From Zygnema circumcarinatum SAG 698-1b (lineage: Eukaryota > Plantae > Zygnematophyceae): 64,000 nucleotides of DNA. Numbering within the stretch: the first letter of the stretch is position 1; each line of letters starts with the position of its first letter. Location of the stretch: the NCBI GenBank assembly GCA_037447605.1, contig CM074806.1, forward strand, positions 1,674,001-1,738,000, in the 5' to 3' direction. The position numbers were made by a program, and so were the translations under genes. Of the stretch, positions 58,428 through 64,000 are shown one piece after another. Below the pieces are notes generated by a model. It searched no databases, had not been told where the DNA came from, and worked only from the letters and a program-made list of their open reading frames with translations.

Positions 58428-60972
58428 AGAGTCAGAGGTAGCTTGTGGGGGGGGGCTCACCGGGAGCTGTGGGAGGAGCTCAAAGAGCGCGTCCCTGAGC
58501 CTGCCCGGCCTCTCCCAGGGAGCCACGTCAGCGGGTACGCCCGTCCCGGCGAGGCGGAGGGGGCTGCCTGCAAGGAGGCACTCATTCTTCAACTGTTCAA
58601 GGTCGCACCTGTTCTGTAGTACAACACTCTGCGTCTCCTTCCTCTCCAAGACGCAAAGACTGTTCTCCAGAAGCAACCTTTCCATGCACTAATCCTATGC
58701 GTAGCGATGAAAGATGCTCTTTCGGAGGCCGACGATGCGGACCACACAGCATGTGGCTCTGAAGCGTGCATACACTTTGACTCGTCCAGGCTAAAAAGAC
58801 TCCACGTACTGACATTCTCGAACCTCCCACGATAAAAAATTCTTCCAGTCACCTCTCTGTCGTGCCAGGGCGAAAGATAGTCAACTTACTGATGGTAGTG
58901 CTGAGAAGAAAAGGCACTAAGGAATAAAACGGATCAGGAAGAGTGCGCAACAATGGCAGGTATGGTTGCAACGGCGAGCGCTGGAAACTGGTGGCTGCAG
59001 CAATTCACTCAACACACATAAGAAATATGACCGCTGTACAGTCGTTGCACAACAGTCTACTTATTCATTTACTTGTTTTCCCTCCTTCAACGTCGTCACT
59101 CTTGACCCGCCCCCTCCCCAGCCACCTGGAGAACCCCTCTGAAATACTGACCAGGGTTTATGAGCACGAGTCGCAGGGGGAGGTCGGGGTTTTGCGCAGC
59201 GACTGCAAGTGCGAGAAGGGAACCGAAGGACTCGCTGACCACAAAGAGCGCGCGGTCGGGCTCGCGCTCGTGCTCCTCCCGCAGGTGCTGCGCTGCCAAC
59301 CCTACCAGAGCTGCGGGAGAGGGGAGGCAGAGGGAGGCAGAAGGGAGGGAAGAGAGTGTAAGGAGATAACTTTTTCTCGGTTCTACAAAAAGCCATACGG
59401 GTCTTGAATCGGCTATCCCTATCAGGTTTCTGCTTTTACAGGTTACAGGGGTCACAACGATGGGTTCAGCAGTGGCTGAGCATACTTCTGAAACATTAGC
59501 GAGCGCATAGGACCAGTGTTTCCAACACTATTGAGTCTTAAATAAAGTTCCGTCGTACCTTGAAAGGGAGTGCGATCAGTGAGTGGCACAAGCAGACATG
59601 TTATGTCGAAGAGGCTGAATGAGAGCCCCCCTCAACCACCACTCGGAAAGCCAACGTCAGTATCGTCCTCGCCAGCAACTACAGCTCAGTATTTTTGAAA
59701 AATGCTGGCCTTGTGAGTTGAACATTTCTCTTTGTATATCTCTGCCGAATTTTCCTACCTGCTGGCCTTTTTAGAGAGTCCCTTTAGCCCCAAGTCATTC
59801 TTAAATATGTGCATACATAACAATCAGTTTGACATTTTCCAAGCCATTTTCAAGTGCACACTTCGCTTGGCAGCACGCGATATTTTCAGTTGTGCCTTAC
59901 GTAGCCAATTTACGGACTTTGTGTTCCTGGTGTTGCACAAGCTGGTCATTCCAAATGGACGGATTTGTGACCCCTGCATCTCCATGAGGCTCATTTGTAA
60001 GCCTTTATGGAAACTTGAAATGTTTCGAGCTCATAGTCCACGTCCACACGATAGGGTGCATGGATCACTTCAGCTTTATTGCAAGCAATATTTTTTTGTA
60101 ATATTACAAAATTGTGAATTGTACTAATTACCGAGGTCTGGGCACGCAGCAGAAGGACCTACCGAGCCAGACCGCGATGGTGCAGGCCCATTCCCATTCC
60201 CGTTCCCTCGATTCCTGGTTCAACACGATAAGAAAAATAAACTTTTCCATAATTTGCTCACTCAACTTCAACAAACCCCAGCTCACTTTCAACTTTTACA
60301 GGAACGGCCACTCCATCAAAATCCTGTAGACTTACCGCCTCTATCAGACACCCACCAGGGACTCTTCCAACCTCCATGTGAAGCCTCAACCAACCCTAGA
60401 GAAGAGCCATAACTATTCCTTAAACATCTTGCAACATGCAAACTTTCCGCAGCTCCAACATTCCCCTGTGGAATACCTGGTAAGAAGACGAGCTTCGGCC
60501 GCGGCTCGGGAGCGCAGCCCGCCTCCCCCGATCGCGGGCGCGCGTCAAGCGGACAGAGCCATCGGGGCGGGCCTCCGTCCCCTGCAGCCGCACTGCTCAG
60601 AGCGCTGATCTGCTCCACTACTGCAGCGGCCGTGAGAGGCGGCTCCGTTACTTTACGCAAAGGCCTGTATCCGGGAGGGCCAGTACTCTGGGAGGGCGCG
60701 CCGGTGGTGTCTCTGATGTAGTCACTTATTTTCTGGGACGTGGATTCACCCGCCTGTGCCTGCTGTTGCCCTTCTGTTGCCTGAGCGGCGCGCAAGATGA
60801 CATTTTTGTGAGGCGTGTGCTTATTCCGGGACAGCTCTATTCTGGAGGATCTGCTTTCAGGGAGCCTAGCGCCCTTGAAGACGCCGTCGCCTCTCAGAGG
60901 TGAGCCCTCTCTTCTAGACGCTGCCTGCACGTGGAGGCTTGCCGCTTGCTGCCGTGCGGCAGAGTGCAGCAT
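55848..60972 (-). CDS. PES: Phytyl ester synthase-like esterase/lipase/thioesterase-acyltransferase (plastoglobule PES1/PES2 family); one internal exon probably lost in the gap
   Basis: PPRWLCP, KLVFLPGIEGTG, LFDITCLLVPLTDRTPF, SESFG...LVLINPATSF, DNLLPSKEEAKRL, PDSGHCLLLEEG and LLLVGNHQ appear in order. They are followed by RGLAHP, FGAVPV, VLLFPGGVREALRRKGEEYKLFWP, GATIIPYAAVGVDD, RLYFLFRKPI and KREEDPY. Confidence 0.93.
58386..58395. other. Assembly gap (10 N) inside the PES gene
   Basis: Run of n characters between a G-run and a (CT)n tract. Confidence 1.
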
Positions 60973-61153
60973 GGCTGCGGGAGAGGGGGGGGAGAGAGGG
61001 AGGGATGGAGGGAGGGAGAGACCGCGAGAGGGAGGGGGTGGGCGGAGGGAGGGGAGGGTGAGAATGCCCTCTTCTCTTTCTCGCTCGCAGTGCCCGGCGC
61101 GGTCTGTTTGTCGGCGACGGCCTCAGATCTGGCTCTGCGCCGACCTCCGGACG

Positions 61154-61585
61154 GCCACGTGGCGCGCCGGGGGGCGGCCGCGTGGGGCCCTGTGCGGCCA
61201 CTGCCTCCTCGCACGTGTAGCGACCGCCCTTGACCCGCTGTGACCACACGCACGTGTAGGCGGGCGTGTCCGTACGTGCGTGACTTCGAGGGCGCAGGCA
61301 GCGACCGGCAGACGACAGCGCGCTCGCGTCAGAATGACGTCATCCGTGACGACGGGGACCGGGCGGGGCGGGGCAGGGCCTGCACACGTCATCGCACGTC
61401 AGGGGGCGGGCGGAACTGGGGGGCGGCAAACAACCATTGGATGGCAATGGTTGGCTGGCGAGCAATGGTTAGCAACCATTGAACCTGGTTGCGAGCATTG
61501 ACAATGATAGTCGTTCTTTCCCCATCATGGCAATCCTCGGCTCGGCTCGCGCCATGTCCAAGCTGCGCCCTTGAGGATGACGTGT
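61154..61585. promoter_or_regulatory. Cluster of eight ACGT-core (G-box/C-box/ABRE) elements upstream of PES
   Basis: GCCACGTGGC 61154-61163, CACGTG 61212 and 61251, TACGTG 61273, TGACGTCA 61335, CACGTCA 61385 and 61395, TGACGTGT 61578. Confidence 0.55.
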
Positions 61586-61960
61586 TGCACAAGGGAACAT
61601 AGTCAAAGCAAGATAATGCCTCGTGCTTTACGAGGCAAATTCTTCAACTGCCATAGACAAAATAGCTCTTACAAAAAAAACACGAACGAATTTTGCACTG
61701 TAATTGAACTCGATTCACAAGATCTTACAAAGGGGGGACCATGCTGGAACTGCTTTTCACACGTACGCATGCCCTTTACAGAGCTGAAAGAGAGGCTAAT
61801 TCTGCAGATTTTGCTACTTTGGCATTCCAAAATCTGACACATTTCAGCGACCCCCCCCTCCTGCAGAGCTGAATCCCTCCACTCGAAGCATTACTCTGAC
61901 CAGCAGGCTCGCCCACTCGCCCCCCAAAGCAGAGAGAGAGAGAGAGAGACTGTCTGTCTG

Positions 61961-63802
61961 TCAGGCTCTGTTGGATGCCTTGCCCGCAGCCGCATTCTGG
62001 GCGCCCTGAGCACCGCCGCCACTGCTCTCTGCCGCCCCTCCGTTGGCCTTCTGCCTCTTCCTCGTCTGCAACACGAAGCACACGAGAACAGGCACTTGAA
62101 CATCACACAGGCTGCAGAACAAACTTCGAGGTTCTGCAGAACCCCTGATAAACCCTTCGGGAACCGCAAGCGAATGGAAAACACCTTTCATATGTGAAAC
62201 AGGTCCTGAGCATAACGACGCAGTGGGTCCCACAGACTGAGCTCTTCAAAGAGCACTCACAGGTTTGGCCTTTTTCCGTTTGGCACGCGCAATTGCTTCT
62301 CTGATGCCCGCGTTGTCCATCCACCCCTCCGGCCACAGACCTGCAAGCTGCAGCATCCCAGCACCCCTTCCGAAGACCCATATTCAGCTTGCATTGGGTG
62401 CGGCATAGCTTCCCGACTTTCCAATGAAGATTCAGAGTTGGTAGAGAAAGGTAGGTCCTGTCCTTTGGTGCCTCCGTCCTAAGGATTGGTCCGAGGAGTT
62501 CATGAACTGTCTACACAGCGGTCAAGCTTTTCCTATTTTCTGTAGGGAAAACATTGTAGAGAGACTGTCTCACATTGTTATAGTCTCACAGCAAAAATGA
62601 CTTCAAGAAACGAACGAGTTCACCTCGACGGTGGCCTAAAAATCTGAATTACTTCACTGAAGACTGCGAAGTCAGAGGAATGACTGTGTATCCAATGAAG
62701 CAAGCTGTGAATACCTCTTTGTACAGCTTTCTCAACTGGAAGGGCTTGCGATCGTCATCGAGATCCTTTGTTGGAGAAGAAAGTTCAACACAGAAGGCAA
62801 GTTAATTGCTGCGTCAGTAAATCCAAGGAAGATTCACATGGAGTATTTGCTGATGCCAAAGGACAAACCAAGCAAAAGAAGTCATTACACACATGTAAAC
62901 TGAGATCGCGGCAGGCAAACATAAATACTTCCACGTAACAACCATGCTGTGAATACCGGCGACCTGACATGCGTCAGGGCTGTTCAGATAACTCTACAAT
63001 TTTTTTGCAGTTTTGTTATGTTTCCAAACATAAAGCTCAGCCAGAGTACAGGAGTCTTACCTCAACATATCTTTCATATACAAGGCAGAGGTGGTCTTCT
63101 AAACCCGCATCCCACTGAAATGACTGCGACCCCCCCCCCCCCTCCTTACTGCTCGCCGCTCCTCCCCCTGCAGCCCCTAAGCTTGCCGCAACGCCGCCCT
63201 GGAAGCATGGAAAGACCACGGCACATTTCTCCAGCTCAAAACAGGAGATACTTATAAGGATTCACTTTTTAAGGAACCGGACCATGAGCAGAGCCATGAA
63301 CAAATTTGGAAGACAGTAAACTTCCCAATAATGCCCTATGGATGCCAACAGCTCCAATGAATTTATAATTCAAACCTGTTTCTAACAGCTGCCTAGCGTG
63401 GTCTATGCCCTGTTTAACTCACATACACAACATCAGAAAATGCATTTCAAGGACTCATAGCTGGCAGATTTGATCTGAACCAGCAAAATGTTGCTGAAAA
63501 GCTGAACATCCAGAAAAGCAGCCAAGCACATTAGTGTTCAACAATGTTCATGTCAAGCACTCGCAAACCAGAAAAGTGGACTTGTCCACGTTACATAGTG
63601 ATCGTTCTGTTGTCATCATATGATGCATGCATGGGCAGCAGACTACAAGCGAGCTTCAAGATTGTACGGATGCAATTCGCACCTTGACGTTCTCCATTCG
63701 AGCGGCCACAAGCTCCTTTAGCCCTTTCTTTCCGACCTCCAGCAGCTGCTCCCTTGCCTCTCTTGCTGTCTGCCCCTTCTCCACCATAGACTTGAGGTGC
63801 TT
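61961..63802 (-). CDS. UBN: Ubinuclein (HIRA-complex histone chaperone), last five exons; 5' part lies beyond the window
   Basis: Exons join in phase 0 to give KHLKSMVEKGQTAREAREQ...|...FQWDAGLEDHLCLVYERYVE|DLDDDRKPFQLRKLYKE|LAGLWPEGWMDNAGIREAIARAKRKK...|TRKRQK...NRA*. This matches the plant UBN middle-domain motif as I recall it (WD..LED..C.LY...D.D.....KLY..LA.LWP...MD..GI..AI.RAK). Confidence 0.85.
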
Positions 63803-64000
63803 CTGCTTTTCCAAGATAAAACATGGAAATCCCCAAAACAGAAGGAAAACACAGACTTTAGAAACAAATACAACTAATCATTCGAAACAGGTACACTGCC
63901 TGACAAATATGTTCACTTGACCAAAGAAAGGAAGGTTCCTTCTTTGATGGAATGACCATCAAAATTTTGAAATCTTAGAAGCCAATTGCCAGAAACAAAA

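Noticed and set aside
62341-62510. Alternative Cys-rich reading (…LCRTQCKLNMGLRKGCWDAAACR) as a UBN exon
   Set aside because: The shorter exon LAGLWPEGWMDNAG..., starting at an internal CAG acceptor, fits the ubinuclein motif, so the Cys-rich frame is intronic.

Overview
Gene-dense, intron-rich eukaryotic nuclear DNA from the plant lineage. It is most likely a streptophyte green alga or an early-diverging plant; this is an inference from plant-type orthologues plus an MMAA/MeaB gene, and the species cannot be fixed from sequence alone. I reconstructed 11 spliced genes by hand from about 100 introns: ITPK (-, 3' partial), serine acetyltransferase (+), SEC31 (-), a GUP1/HHAT-type MBOAT (+), a 483-aa LEA/perilipin-like protein with 44-aa repeats (-), MMAA/MeaB GTPase (+), PGAP1/BST1 (+), a stand-alone type II thioesterase (-), a plastid EamA/WAT1-related transporter (+), a phytyl ester synthase-like acyltransferase (-) and ubinuclein (-, 5' partial). 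There are three 10-N assembly gaps and a 1.64-kb gap-bounded duplication that is probably an assembly artefact. I found no supportable tRNA, rRNA, CRISPR array or transposase. The most interesting observations are: (1) a B12-pathway chaperone (MMAA) in a plant-lineage genome; (2) thioesterase and EamA genes head-to-head, with in-frame start codons on both strands inside two CCATGG palindromes 54 bp apart; (3) the 11-mer-periodic repeat protein under an ABRE/CE3/RY promoter; (4) dense GTAC and ACGT motif clusters; and (5) a tandemly duplicated di-cysteine motif in the transporter. All family calls come from recognising motifs, not from database searches.
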